Notes under the pieces: generated by a model
The model's input: the letters and a program-made list of their open reading frames with translations, nothing else
What the model was told of the DNA's origin: nothing
Databases searched by the model: none
Part shown: piece after piece, positions 8,448 to 19,013 of the stretch
Layout: the number at the start of each line of letters is the position of its first letter
How positions within the stretch are numbered: position 1 is the stretch's first letter
Position numbers and translations under genes: made by a program
Virus record (IMG/VR): IMGVR_UViG_3300029288_000090
Coordinates: 32,001-96,000 of that record
Strand: one strand, 5' to 3'
Source: a virus
Lineage: Duplodnaviria; Caudoviricetes
DNA: 64,000 nt

Positions 8448-9887
8448 ATGGGATACGTTGTTACGCATGCTCGACGAAACCGTGCAGTAGTTCATCGTAA
8501 AAATAGATTGATTACAACTCCTTCTCCTATGAATAATAAAAGTAGAGACATCAGTGAACTTTATAGTCCTAAGATATGGGAAGGAAAGAGATGTTTTCTA
8601 CTTGCAGGGGGAGATAGTTTAAAAAATTTTAATTACTCTTGTTTAGCAGGGGAACTCACTGTAGGTGTTAATAGAACTTTTGAAACGTTTGAACCTACAG
8701 TCAACTATTCTATGGATGTCAGTTTTTGGAATTGGCTTCATGGTTATAAAGCTAGTGAAGAGGAAGGACGAATTCGTCTCCAGAAGTGGCGGGAATATAG
8801 TGGCATAAAACTTTTTCTTGAAAATCCTGGAAAAGATTTTGGAGTTGGAACGTTTTTTATTAAACGTTTATCTGAAAGAGCTTTGAGTTTAAGTATTAAA
8901 AGAGGAATTTATGGAGGAACGAATTCTGGTTTTGGTGCTCTTTCTTTCATCATAGCTATGGGATGTAAGTTAATTTATCTTCTTGGACTGGATCTTAAAG
9001 TCAATGGAACATCTACACACTGGCATGATGGGTATCCTGGCCAGACCGTTGAGAGGACATCCAGAGTCTTGACTAACTTTCAGAAAGTATTTACTGAATT
9101 TGCTCCTTCTATACAAAGATTAGGAGTCACAGTTGTTAATTTGAATCCTGGATCTGCATTGGATTGTTTTTCCAAAGCGGATCCGTCTTCTATCCTATCT
9201 TGTGCTCATACAGTAGTTCCTTCTTCATCAGGATATGCAGAGATGAGTAAAGTTACAGGATTGTATCCTTCTTCTTTTCCTATTATTACTTCTTTCTATA
9301 CAAAGAATTCTGGTTATGAACTAGAGGCCAAGAAGTTAGCCAGATCATTGAAGGATATGAACCTGGATTACGAGATAGTAGGAATAGTAGATAGAAAAAA
9401 CTGGCAACTAAATATTCGGTACAAACCTGTACTGATTAAAAAGATGTTGGAAAGATACTATCCACGTCCAGTTTTATATGTAGATGCGGATGCTATCTTT
9501 CTTAAATTTCCAGAACTTTTGCGGACGTTAGATGCTGATGTTGCTATTCATACTGTAAAATGGAGTGTATACGGAAGAGATCGGGCGGACGAAATGTTAG
9601 GTGGAACTGTCTATTTTAAGAATACTCCCACAGCAAAAGGAATTTTAGATAAATGGGTTCAATTATGTGAGACAACTCCTTTATCAGTTTGGGATCAAAA
9701 AATACTTCAAGGTATTTTAGGAAATAACTATTATAATCTTCCTCCAGAATATTGTACTATTTTTGATAGTATGGGATCGGTGGTCAAGGAGCCAGTTATA
9801 TTGCATACCCAAGCCAGTAGAAGACTAAAGCAATCTGGAAGACATTTACATACAATTACAAGACCTTCCAGGAGGAGAAAAAATTAA
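8448..9887 (+). CDS. Two-domain glycosyltransferase: DUF115/Maf-like N-domain plus nucleotide-diphospho-sugar transferase C-domain
   Basis: CFLLAGGDSL, VGVN, NSGFGAL...MGCKLIYLLGLD; C-terminal KP....YVDADA, WDQ..LQ, H.QASR. Confidence 0.7.
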   Translation: MGYVVTHARRNRAVVHRKNRLITTPSPMNNKSRDISELYSPKIWEGKRCFLLAGGDSLKNFNYSCLAGELTVGVNRTFETFEPTVNYSMDVSFWNWLHGYKASEEEGRIRLQKWREYSGIKLFLENPGKDFGVGTFFIKRLSERALSLSIKRGIYGGTNSGFGALSFIIAMGCKLIYLLGLDLKVNGTSTHWHDGYPGQTVERTSRVLTNFQKVFTEFAPSIQRLGVTVVNLNPGSALDCFSKADPSSILSCAHTVVPSSSGYAEMSKVTGLYPSSFPIITSFYTKNSGYELEAKKLARSLKDMNLDYEIVGIVDRKNWQLNIRYKPVLIKKMLERYYPRPVLYVDADAIFLKFPELLRTLDADVAIHTVKWSVYGRDRADEMLGGTVYFKNTPTAKGILDKWVQLCETTPLSVWDQKILQGILGNNYYNLPPEYCTIFDSMGSVVKEPVILHTQASRRLKQSGRHLHTITRPSRRRKN

Positions 9888-9906
9888 AACATCTCCACCC
9901 TGATGG

Positions 9907-9953
9907 CCCGAGAGAGGTCGTTGCAACCATCCTGCACACCCTCTCGGGTTTTT
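9907..9953 (+). terminator. Intrinsic terminator of the glycan operon
   Basis: CCCGAGAG...CTCTCGGG stem followed by TTTTT. Confidence 0.65.
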
Positions 9954-9955
9954 AA

Positions 9956-9993
9956 CAAAAAACTGCCTGAAAGAAATGTACAATCAGGCAGTT
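9956..9993 (-). terminator. Intrinsic terminator of the minus-strand block
   Basis: AACTGCCTGA/TCAGGCAGTT stem preceded by an A-run on + strand. Confidence 0.7.
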
Positions 9994-10015
9994 ACGAAGA
10001 GGGAACGTAATGAAG

Positions 10016-10546
10016 TCAAATAGAAGACTTTAATAACGATCTTATTTTCATCTCAATACTTCTTCCATGGGAACTTTTAATGTTTAGTTCTTCTCGAATT
10101 CTTTTTCTTAACGTTGTAAGATTTATTTTAAATACTTCAGAGAAAAGTAATCTCGGATCCAAAAGAAACTTTAAATATTCTTTTTCTATTTGTGTAAGTT
10201 GATCGTCTAACATAAACAATGAAACATCATTTTCTTTTGCAGGAAGAGCTTTATGAAGAATAGTTGTGTCGTTACTATCTAAAGTTTCTTGATTTATCGA
10301 TCGATAAGATTTGTATACTATTCCTCCTAATCTCCTCTTTAAACAGAATTTGAAAAATCCTTCAAAGGAACCTATTTCTTTATTATAACGATCTTGGCAT
10401 GACAAAAATACAATAATCCCTTCATTGAAAAGGTCTTGGAAATCATATATGGTTGGTTTTTTAAGTTTTAAGTAGCAAACCGCAGCATGCGCCTTAATGG
10501 TCTCTATCAACTCTTTTGAAGGCATCCGTTCCTTATAAGATTCCAT
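10016..10546 (-). CDS. Phage sigma70-family RNA polymerase sigma factor
   Basis: Region-2-like DFQDLFNEGIIVFLSCQDRYNKEIGSFEGF; C-terminal HTH-like segment. Confidence 0.7.
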   Translation of the reverse strand: MESYKERMPSKELIETIKAHAAVCYLKLKKPTIYDFQDLFNEGIIVFLSCQDRYNKEIGSFEGFFKFCLKRRLGGIVYKSYRSINQETLDSNDTTILHKALPAKENDVSLFMLDDQLTQIEKEYLKFLLDPRLLFSEVFKINLTTLRKRIREELNIKSSHGRSIEMKIRSLLKSSI

Positions 10547-10554
10547 ATCTACTC

Positions 10555-10755
10555 CTAAAGTAAACTTTTTCTAACGAATATTCTTCCTTTGAAATTGACT
10601 GCATCTAATTCTTTCCGTTTAATTCGGTTATAGATTGTAGCAGTTGTTACGCCGTCTGCTTGTGCCTTTTCAAAAGCTGGCATCCATTCAGATTGAGATT
10701 GTGCCATTTCGTATACTGACATCTCTCTAAGTGTTTCTACTAATCTTTGTGTCAT
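10555..10755 (-). CDS. Small HTH DNA-binding protein (excisionase/MerR-like)
   Basis: AQADGVTTATIYNRIKRKELDA..F.G; start MTQRLV at 10755 downstream of a promoter. Confidence 0.6.
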   Translation of the reverse strand: MTQRLVETLREMSVYEMAQSQSEWMPAFEKAQADGVTTATIYNRIKRKELDAVNFKGRIFVRKSLL

Positions 10756-10784
10756 GCTATTTGATCTCCGTATCAAAGAATACA

Positions 10785-10813
10785 AGTATATATGCAAGGC
10801 AGAAGAGCATCAA
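10785..10813 (-). promoter_or_regulatory. sigma70-type promoter TTGATG-N17-TATACT for the HTH and sigma genes
   Basis: Read on the reverse complement; consensus spacing. Confidence 0.65.
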
Positions 10814-10944
10814 GTAAAATTTTATAAAAATTAAACTTTATCCTACATTCTTTTTACTCTTTATGTGATGGAGGAAAATACATCCCATGATGACTTTGAA
10901 GCCTTGTAAAAGTTAGGAATGGGTTTAATCACAAGCAAACAAAC

Positions 10945-11184
10945 CTATATCTTTGGGAGTTCATTCATACTAACCATATTGAATGTATTGTTGGAGAAGT
11001 CTAGGGCTATTGCCATAGGAATATAAACAAGGTTAGAAGAGTTGATCTTATTCTTCAACCCTGGTTTCCATCCTGGCTTTCTCTTTTTGACGTACTTGGG
11101 ACAGTGAGCTGTATGAGCAGCTACGGCAACGGGTGTTTTGAATCCGCCCTTACCACACCACTTACATTTGTACGTTTTTGTCAT
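10945..11184 (-). CDS. Small C2H2-type zinc-finger protein
   Basis: YKCKWCGKGGF......AAHTAHC. Confidence 0.55.
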   Translation of the reverse strand: MTKTYKCKWCGKGGFKTPVAVAAHTAHCPKYVKKRKPGWKPGLKNKINSSNLVYIPMAIALDFSNNTFNMVSMNELPKI

Positions 11185-12503
11185 TTTCGTTCTCCTTCCA
11201 AGATTCTAAAATACGACGTTCACAGGACGTCCATTTATCAAGTTTAAGAAGATTGTCAAGAAGTGGTGCAACAGTTTCTTCGATAGATTGATAGCATCCG
11301 TTTAATGGGATCCCAATTCTTCCTTGCCGCTTCTGTTGGAAGTATTTTTCCTATCGTTTGAAATGGAGGTTCATAAACGAAAGACCAGTATGGAGATTTA
11401 GCTTTACATCCTTTTCCAAAGCTACATCCTTCTCCGAAGCTACTATTTGCTGGAAATACTTTTCTTACGTATTTATCAAAAACTTCCCAATTATCAATTT
11501 GTTTTTGCGTAATCATTTTTTTCCTTAAAATTCTAATGGACCTGTTTCATATTTTCTTCGTATTTGAAAATGTTTACAACCAAAACATCTGGTTATATAT
11601 GTTGTTTTTCTTTTACGAACAGAATTAGGATTGATACAAAATCCTTCATCTATAGTATTATCAGAAAAGTAAGACCATGTACAGTCTTTACAATCTCCTT
11701 TTTTTCTCAATAAGATTTTTTTGATTTGAGTCTTTAACTTATAATACCACTTACATTTGCACGGTTTCATCTTTTATTCCTAACAACCAATTTCTATTGG
11801 CTTCTAGTAGTGACTTCGCTTTCTCTATTTCTATAACAACTCCTCCCATTGTTCTTGCCTCCTTTTTGGCTTTCTTTTCGTTGTCAAACTGTAGCCATCC
11901 TATCCCTTCTTTGCATAAAACTTTTGTTTTAGAGACGTTCATAATTACGAATCTTGTTCCTACTAGTTCTCTAATTATCGGACTTTGGACTATCTGCTGT
12001 TTAGCCAGTGCCATGCATCTCTCGCAGTATTGTTCGTTGAGATGTCCTTTAACTCCCCACGCATCAAAACTAAGATAAGTATGCATAACCTTAGCTCCGC
12101 ATAGAGCTACGATAGGATTTTCTTTCTTACTGATATGGTAATGCCAAACCCCTGCAATTCCTTCTGTGATAACAAATAACTTATCCATTCTTATCCTCCA
12201 TAAAGTACATTTTTACTTTTTTAGAATTTTTATTTGGTGAGCTAGAAGTTCAATCGCTCTGGAAAATACTGATATTAAAAAAGCACAATCACTTATAGAT
12301 AGATTCATTTCAGATAGATTAAGAGTTAAAGTTTCTACTTCCTTCGTATTTATCAACTTCGTGATTGTCATGTTCTTTCCATTGCAACCCTCTGTGTATA
12401 CAAAGGAATGTTTTTTTGTTTTCATCTTAAAAGCTCCTATTCAAATACGGCAGGATGAATAAACTGCTGCTTATCCACCCTGCCTGAGGGAGGAGAAAAG
12501 AGT

Positions 12504-12731
12504 TTACTTTTTACCCTTCTCCCTTTTGATAGCACCTAAAATCGCTTTGGCCCGAGCTATTGAGTACTCCTTGTCTTTGCCTTCATTCTCATAGGTCGCG
12601 GCAAGATCTTTCAGAATTGCTTCTGAATCTTTCTTCTGGGCCAACAGGTCTCTGCACAATTGTTTTCGGTTCATTCGTTTTTCATCCTTGACCGTTTTCT
12701 TGGCTCCGCCTTTTTTGGTTTTTGTTGCCAT
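12504..12731 (-). CDS. Small basic protein, paralog of the C-terminal domain of 37165..37644
   Basis: Start MATKTKKGG with GAGG RBS; KQLCRD...IL.D.A..Y...GK...Y...RA.AI...I..EK shared. Confidence 0.7.
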   Translation of the reverse strand: MATKTKKGGAKKTVKDEKRMNRKQLCRDLLAQKKDSEAILKDLAATYENEGKDKEYSIARAKAILGAIKREKGKK

Positions 12732-12801
12732 GTTTTCACGTTCCTCTATTTCATAGATACGTTTTAACCCTTCAACAATATCAGGGTTTTGTCTGTATTC
12801 C

Positions 12802-13257
12802 TCAAGAATTTTTCCTCTCATGATACGTTGCTGAAAATTCTGTAGAATGTTTGTTATTCTGACAATCTTGATGATGCTTGACTTCATGGGCTACTACACA
12901 TACGAAGACTTCTTGCCATGTAGTATATGTAAAGGGAGGGACTCTATGTCTATTTAATGTAATAGGAAGATACCTTTGTAATCTTTCTAAAGTATCTAAA
13001 CTTACTCGAAGTACTCGTTTTTTATCCTGAGTTGCTTTACATTGAACGTAACCCTTTTTTACAACAATTTTTTGTTTTTCAAAATCAAGATCTTCTGGAA
13101 AACTAAACCATCCAAAATAACACTTTCCACTAAATTGTCTTTTGGCTTTTGTAACTTTGATAACTATATCATTACTATGCATGCCTTTGCTGGCAAATTG
13201 GGCTAGAACTTCTAGCTCCAAGGTTGGATACTTTGTTTTGTTTATAACTAATCTCAT
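12802..13257 (-). CDS. SprT-like zincin metalloprotease
   Basis: VVAHEVKHHQD HExxH motif; FSG.CY upstream. Confidence 0.5.
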   Translation of the reverse strand: MRLVINKTKYPTLELEVLAQFASKGMHSNDIVIKVTKAKRQFSGKCYFGWFSFPEDLDFEKQKIVVKKGYVQCKATQDKKRVLRVSLDTLERLQRYLPITLNRHRVPPFTYTTWQEVFVCVVAHEVKHHQDCQNNKHSTEFSATYHERKNS

Positions 13258-13334
13258 CTTCTTCTCTTTTCTCTTCTTCAAAAATGCCCCGCCCGGCCGG
13301 TTGTAGTACCGAACGGGGCTTCTTCTTGGAGAAC

Positions 13335-14342
13335 TTATGCGGTCAACAATTCATATGCTTTCTCACGTAACTCTCTCCCACCTTTATACAGAATGGTATC
13401 AAATCGAATATCCGCTTCTTCTTTGCCTTCTTTGACTCGCGTAGGTCTGTTATGATCCACGAAGGTCGTAATAGCGTTGAAAGCCGCCCACTTTGTGTTT
13501 CGAACATCCTTTGTGGTAGGATCTTCAGTGAAGATCTTGACCAACGAATCTCGGGTCTTTTGACGGCGCTTGGACTCTTTCTCCTTGCCTTCCTTATCTA
13601 CAGAATTTGGAAGCAGATCCAAGGTGAATTTTTCGAAATCGGACTGAGAGAACTGTTGATCTAACATCTGGTTGAACTGTTCACCCATATATTTGTAGTA
13701 GTAATCAGCCAACTTCAACGCTTCTCGACATTCAGCAACACGATCTTTGAAGTTGCCAGTATGTTTGATCCGGAACGTATCTTGGATCTGCTTCTTTTTT
13801 CCGGCTTGGACTTGGACATTAAGTGCCATACTCAGCGTATTATTGCACACGACTCGGACCGGAGTAAACTTGACATGTACCGCCATTGTGCCGTCGTGCC
13901 CAGCTGCCAGAAACAGATATTTGTTTACTGCATCCTGGCCCACCATCATATCTTCATTAAGCTTGATAGTAATAAAAATTCGACGACCTTGGAATAAAGA
14001 ACCGGCCGTGTGGTACACTGCTTGCCCTTCTCCGATCACCTCGTCAAGGAAGTTGAAGCAATCCACATTCTGGATGATGTTGTAATTTGGACCAACTACC
14101 CCAAGAACGGATTCGTCTGTTTTCCGAATAACGGCTTGCTTTTCGGGAACCTGATTACCAATAACCGGAATCCCATCAACTACATTTTTCCCTTTCAGAA
14201 AAATGGGCTGAAGTTCACTTTCCCAATCTAGGCCTGCAAATACAATTGCATCTTTTGCAGTTTTTTCGGTACCAACCGCTTTTCCTAATCCATGCCAGGG
14301 CACCTCACCGGCATACATCATGGTCTCTACTTCGTGTGACAT
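13335..14342 (-). CDS. DUF932 / phage-plasmid TIGR03299-family protein
   Basis: PWHGLG, AGLDW, LGVVG..Y..IQN, TAGSL..GR, HDG, TPVRVVC.NTL, HT, W..FNA.T...DH. Confidence 0.9.
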   Translation of the reverse strand: MSHEVETMMYAGEVPWHGLGKAVGTEKTAKDAIVFAGLDWESELQPIFLKGKNVVDGIPVIGNQVPEKQAVIRKTDESVLGVVGPNYNIIQNVDCFNFLDEVIGEGQAVYHTAGSLFQGRRIFITIKLNEDMMVGQDAVNKYLFLAAGHDGTMAVHVKFTPVRVVCNNTLSMALNVQVQAGKKKQIQDTFRIKHTGNFKDRVAECREALKLADYYYKYMGEQFNQMLDQQFSQSDFEKFTLDLLPNSVDKEGKEKESKRRQKTRDSLVKIFTEDPTTKDVRNTKWAAFNAITTFVDHNRPTRVKEGKEEADIRFDTILYKGGRELREKAYELLTA

Positions 14343-14364
14343 CTTCTTTTTCTCCTTCAAAATA

Positions 14365-14544
14365 TTAACCAAGAAATGTAAGAAGAGACAACTCTGTTTC
14401 TCTAACACATTTCTTTACTGTAGCATTTGTTGGATCTAAACCTAACTCGACTAACATCTCATTTACTTCCGTATTAAAATCATCATTGCAGAACAGACGG
14501 TCACCTAATACTTCTTTAATAGCAGCTTTAACATCTTTTTCCAT
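14365..14544 (-). CDS. 59-aa hypothetical early protein (below ORF-track cutoff)
   Basis: MEKDVKAAIKEVLGDRLF...; GAGGAAAAGAAGATG start context directly downstream of a promoter. Confidence 0.6.
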   Translation of the reverse strand: MEKDVKAAIKEVLGDRLFCNDDFNTEVNEMLVELGLDPTNATVKKCVRETELSLLTFLG

Positions 14545-14617
14545 CTTCTTTTCCTCTGTTTAAAAACTATTAACTTTTTCATTGTCTAGAACATCTAAAC
14601 TCTTATCCTATAAATGC

Positions 14618-14646
14618 ATTATAAGTTATAGTTTTATAAAACTCAA
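14618..14646 (-). promoter_or_regulatory. Strong sigma70 early promoter TTGAGT-N17-TATAAT (copy 1)
   Basis: Exact 29-nt duplicate at 25334-25362. Confidence 0.85.
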
Positions 14647-14680
14647 TGGTAAAATGGATAAAGTTTACTTTTCTCATGTT

Positions 14681-14765
14681 TATAACTCCTTATTTTATAA
14701 AGGATTATAAAAATGTTCTTTTTTCTTACACTTTTTTATAACTTCTTATTTTACAAGGAGTTATA
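14681..14765. repeat. Pair of 29-bp palindromes, consensus TATAACTCCTTATTTTACAAGGAGTTATA (14681-14709, 14737-14765)
   Basis: Dyad symmetry; upstream of promoter copy 1. Confidence 0.9.
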
Positions 14766-15292
14766 AAAATCACTTAAACGTGATATAAGGGATTATTTGG
14801 ACCCGTCCAATGATTCGAACCACGCCAAGGGCCCACCAGTGCCACGATTATTTTTTAGTATTCTAATTTCCGATGAGTATGGAATAGTCTTTCCAAAGGT
14901 AAAGTTCCGAAAAGCCAATCTTTATCTTTTGTACCAAAGTGGCTTTCCATAGAAGCCATTCCTTAATTTCTTCTTCTTTAATTCCGTACAATTTGCAGGC
15001 CCGATCATAGAAGTATTTACTATCTCTATCTTTAAGAATCGTATGAAGTCCCTCCCATATCAATTCCAGATAATCAATGATAGGCGGACAGGTACAAAAT
15101 CCTCCTCCGGTTCTTTCTTCTTCTAGAGATAGATGAAGACCACATTGAGTACATCTACCCCGTCTGGTATTGTGTTTCCAAGGTTTCTTCTGTTGATGGA
15201 TCAACCAGGATGTAAAAGATCTTTCATCTTCTGGTGATTTTTTAATTTGTTCTACAGAATCAAACTGAAAAATCCAAAGCATATTCTACTCC

Positions 15293-15652
15293 TTATGCTA
15301 TTTCAAAACGTGGATGTTTCTGTCCGTCAGGTGTGAGGACTTCTAATTTATGGATCTGAAGAAGTCCGCCAAGTGTCCAATCACATCCTTTCCCTTTGAC
15401 AAATCTTCCAATACAGCTGAAGCCAAGATAGCCATCAAGATCTTCCTTTTTAACCCCAGCGGCAAGCAAGTCTTCTGCGGTTTGAATTGTTCCACAACGG
15501 GGACATTTAAACGCCCATTTTTTAGGATCAGCCCCGAACTTTTCTCTAAGGGTAGCAAGAAATTCATTCAAAGGAAGTACTGTTATCTCCTTTAAAAGTT
15601 CCTTTGTCTTCTCATTGGCTTGTTGACAATTAGGGTTTTGTTCAGAATACAT
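15293..15652 (-). CDS. VVA0879-family protein
   Basis: W.F.CP.CG..Q...D, GFSCIGRF, GCDWTLGGL. Confidence 0.75.
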   Translation of the reverse strand: MYSEQNPNCQQANEKTKELLKEITVLPLNEFLATLREKFGADPKKWAFKCPRCGTIQTAEDLLAAGVKKEDLDGYLGFSCIGRFVKGKGCDWTLGGLLQIHKLEVLTPDGQKHPRFEIA

Positions 15653-16663
15653 TTTATTCTCCTATGGTATAATATCTCCTTTTTTGTAATTTTTATCTGC
15701 AACAAAATGATCAAACCATTCATCCGGATGTATACCTTGCTGTTTTCGTCTCCAAGAACTATCTCTATAAATTTTGTAGTCTTTTCCTACTATCATCCTA
15801 TCTCCTTTTTGTATATTCATTCCAGCCACTTCTGCTCTTATAGATGTCATAAAGATTTATCCTCACTATTAAGTGTCTCTTTGATGGATTGAGGGAGTTA
15901 TTCTTCTCTTGTTCTCTGTTCTAAACATTGTTTGCATGGAATTAAAAATCCTTCCGGTCCACGACTTAAATCATCATTCCTGTCAAATGTTGTAAACAAT
16001 CTACATGAGAATTTCATTCCAAAATGAGAACTTAAAAGTTGTGGACAAAATTCTTTTCTCTCAAAACTACGAGCACAGGTTACTGGTTCTTTTCCATCAT
16101 CAAATATATCCGTTTTTATAAATGTCATAAAGATCCGTCCTCATAATAATGCTTATATCCACACACCGGACAACAGGTTGTTCCACAAAATCTATGATCT
16201 GTTCCATCTTGTGTAGCACATGTCCATGCTCTTTCCAATATAAAAGTTCTACCAGTTTCATCACTTGATAGATCCACAGGATCTCCTCTTTCACTTCCAC
16301 AATGAAAACATTCTCCTCCACTTATTGCAAATCCAGCAGTTGTTTTTCCTACTTTATGAATTATTTCAGATATTAACGGTTTGTAGGTTATCCAACCATT
16401 TTCACTTTTGCAAAACGGTCTCCAGGCTTCATAATGTAACCATTTACAAAATTTGAAAATGGTACGATACATCACATACCAGTGTAAGTTAGGAATTAGC
16501 CAGTAGCCACTCCATAATCTTTTTGGAAGCCATTTTATATAAGAAGAACATATTAGCTTTCGAAAGAACCATCTACGTGGACGAACAAAAATCCATCCGT
16601 AAATATACATCAGTTTTTGTGAGAACGTTCTTTTTGGGAATTCTGCTGATATTACAGAATCTT

Positions 16664-18406
16664 TCATACAACTTCTTTCTTTAGTTTACTTAAAATCATT
16701 CTATATGCTTTTTTATCATCTTTGGTTATTGGTCTTTTCCATTTGTTTTTGAATTTCCACCAATCGATCGCTTCTTGAATTTTATCTTCCGTATGTCCAG
16801 TTTGAGATTTTATAAGTGTTATAAAATGAGACTCCTTCCCTTTTTCTTCAAGAAGTTGATCTCGAATTTCCCAAAGTAACGGAATGGAATCCACATAGCT
16901 TTCTCTGTCTATTCGTGAGTTAATATAAAATTCAACATCATCTAATCCTATTTGGTCATAGTTTAAAATATCTCCATTACTTCTATGGAAGAAGAAAGAA
17001 ACTCTTTTCTTTCTTTCATGACATTCCCATTCTCCATATTTATTCCATCCATGAATTTCATCGCCAGGGTTATACTTAAAATAAAAATCTCCATAAGGAG
17101 CATAATTAGTTTTTTCGTGTGTTCCTTCTACAACATATAATCCTTTGCATGGACTACAAACATGTTTAAATTGATAGTGTACACTATATTTCATATCTTC
17201 AAAACTTCTATATCCCGTAAAAATAATACGTGAACCTACTCCTATTTTGGAATTGATTAACTTATGCCACTTATCATAACTAAGTCTTCCGTCGGTGAAT
17301 AGTAGTTCATCGTCTCGAATTAGTTTCAATTCTCCTTCCCAGGTATCTTCGTTCATTAGAGAGATTTTGTGCATCAAAGGTTGGAACAAATCTGTTCTAT
17401 CTATTATTCCTTGGAGAAAGATTATATTTTGTTTATATGTAAATAGATCATCTTTTATTTGCCTTCTTTCAGATTCCCAGATGTTAGGATCGTCTAACTT
17501 CTCAAACTCTTTTTTAGTGGGAAAGAATCTTGGATAAACGTTTAACTGACTCCAAATTCTATATAAATTATCTCCATTCCGAATTAATACATACGTTTTA
17601 TTATTAGCATTTTCCATCTGTACATTTTTCCACATATCTCCATAATCTTTTCGTTTCCTTCTAACTCGAAGAACAACTAATCCCTTTGGTTCAGGAAGAA
17701 TCCTTTTCAGATTTTCTCCTGTAAGTAACCAGGTATCAAACTGTTCAATCTTCTCAGCATCAATACCTCCATTTCGTGGATCTCCTACCTCTTCATCCAT
17801 ATACAAAAGTTGTTGTCGAACACTAATAGGAGTTCCTACAGGAGCCCTTTCTCCTTCTGAGAGCTGATAGATATCCTCTTCAATGCCTAGATATATTTCA
17901 ATAGTTCCAATTACTTTTCGAATATAAGATAATTTACTTTCAAATTTTTGTTTTATGTGATAGAGAGTATTTCGTTTTCTTTCTAAAATAGCTGTTATAA
18001 TTTGGATTTGGTCCATTTTCTTTTGTACTAAACTTTCCATATGGATAAGAGATTCTTTAGATCCCGATTTGACCAAATCTGTACATTCAGGAGATTCTTG
18101 TTGTTCTTCGTCAAGATCGTCAAGATTAGACAGTTGTGCTAATGCTTCTTTTTCTAACTCTTCATATGATTTATCTACTTTTATGTATCTTCCATGTTCC
18201 CAACTATGTTTATCAATAGTAGAGTAGTGAGTCCAATCTCCAGAATCATGTTGACAATAGAGTTCAAACCCTTCTTCTGTTATAGCTACTACTTTGTAGA
18301 AATCTCCGTCTTTATCTAAATAAACAGCTCCTACAATTATTCCCAATGAGGTAGCCAGTTGTTTATACTCATTTATTTGTATTTCTTTTTTCTTTTTACT
18401 ACTCAT
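16664..18406 (-). CDS. Large conserved phage hypothetical protein (coiled coil plus unknown domain)
   Basis: 580-aa ORF in a coupled minus-strand operon; no recognisable catalytic motif. Confidence 0.6.
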   Translation of the reverse strand: MSSKKKKEIQINEYKQLATSLGIIVGAVYLDKDGDFYKVVAITEEGFELYCQHDSGDWTHYSTIDKHSWEHGRYIKVDKSYEELEKEALAQLSNLDDLDEEQQESPECTDLVKSGSKESLIHMESLVQKKMDQIQIITAILERKRNTLYHIKQKFESKLSYIRKVIGTIEIYLGIEEDIYQLSEGERAPVGTPISVRQQLLYMDEEVGDPRNGGIDAEKIEQFDTWLLTGENLKRILPEPKGLVVLRVRRKRKDYGDMWKNVQMENANNKTYVLIRNGDNLYRIWSQLNVYPRFFPTKKEFEKLDDPNIWESERRQIKDDLFTYKQNIIFLQGIIDRTDLFQPLMHKISLMNEDTWEGELKLIRDDELLFTDGRLSYDKWHKLINSKIGVGSRIIFTGYRSFEDMKYSVHYQFKHVCSPCKGLYVVEGTHEKTNYAPYGDFYFKYNPGDEIHGWNKYGEWECHERKKRVSFFFHRSNGDILNYDQIGLDDVEFYINSRIDRESYVDSIPLLWEIRDQLLEEKGKESHFITLIKSQTGHTEDKIQEAIDWWKFKNKWKRPITKDDKKAYRMILSKLKKEVV

Positions 18407-19013
18407 GAATTTCTTCTACTTTGAATTTTTCTCCAAGTTGCTTTGCCTTCTTTTTGGCCTCTTTCTTTCCTATAAATTCTATTGCCCATAATCCATTAAC
18501 TGATAATTTCATCTGGCCTACCCAATAATGTTTTCTTTTTCCTTTTTCAGTTATGATCCGATACATTTTCTTCGGTACATTCTTCTAAATAAACTGCAGT
18601 AAAATTAAACCCGGCATCTGAGCAGAATAGGAGCATCTTAGCTTCTGCTTCTTTTTTGTTCTTCCTTTAAACGTATGTTTTGTTGGTCTTGATTCACCTA
18701 CTCCATGTTTGTTGTAGTATGTCCAATACATTCTATATAGTTTGTAATTACTTTTAGGAATCTTTTTCTCTCTAGTACTCCAATTTAAAGCTACACATTC
18801 TTTACAATATCCAATATGATTATTAGAAAATTCCTCTAAGGGTTTAGCTTTTTTACAACGTAAACACCGTCTGTGCGTAGCTGCTTTTCCTTGTGCTCTT
18901 TCACTATTTCTCATTTTATACCCATGTAACGAATAATTAGGATTGTTAGTACAGCAGTTCCTATGTAAATACCTACTACAAGTAGAAATAACAGCTTATA
19001 GTTTACTTTCATA

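Noticed and set aside
11256-11516. Hexapeptide (SFGEGC) repeat protein as a variable locus
   Set aside because: Only two repeat units remain and there is no second copy or template in the window; it is probably a contracted remnant.
14797-14822. tRNA 3'-half remnant or attP (minus strand GGTTCGAATCATTGGACGGGTCCA)
   Set aside because: The T-stem does not pair, the spacing to CCA is one base short, there is no 5' half, and the sequence is explained by the composite module.
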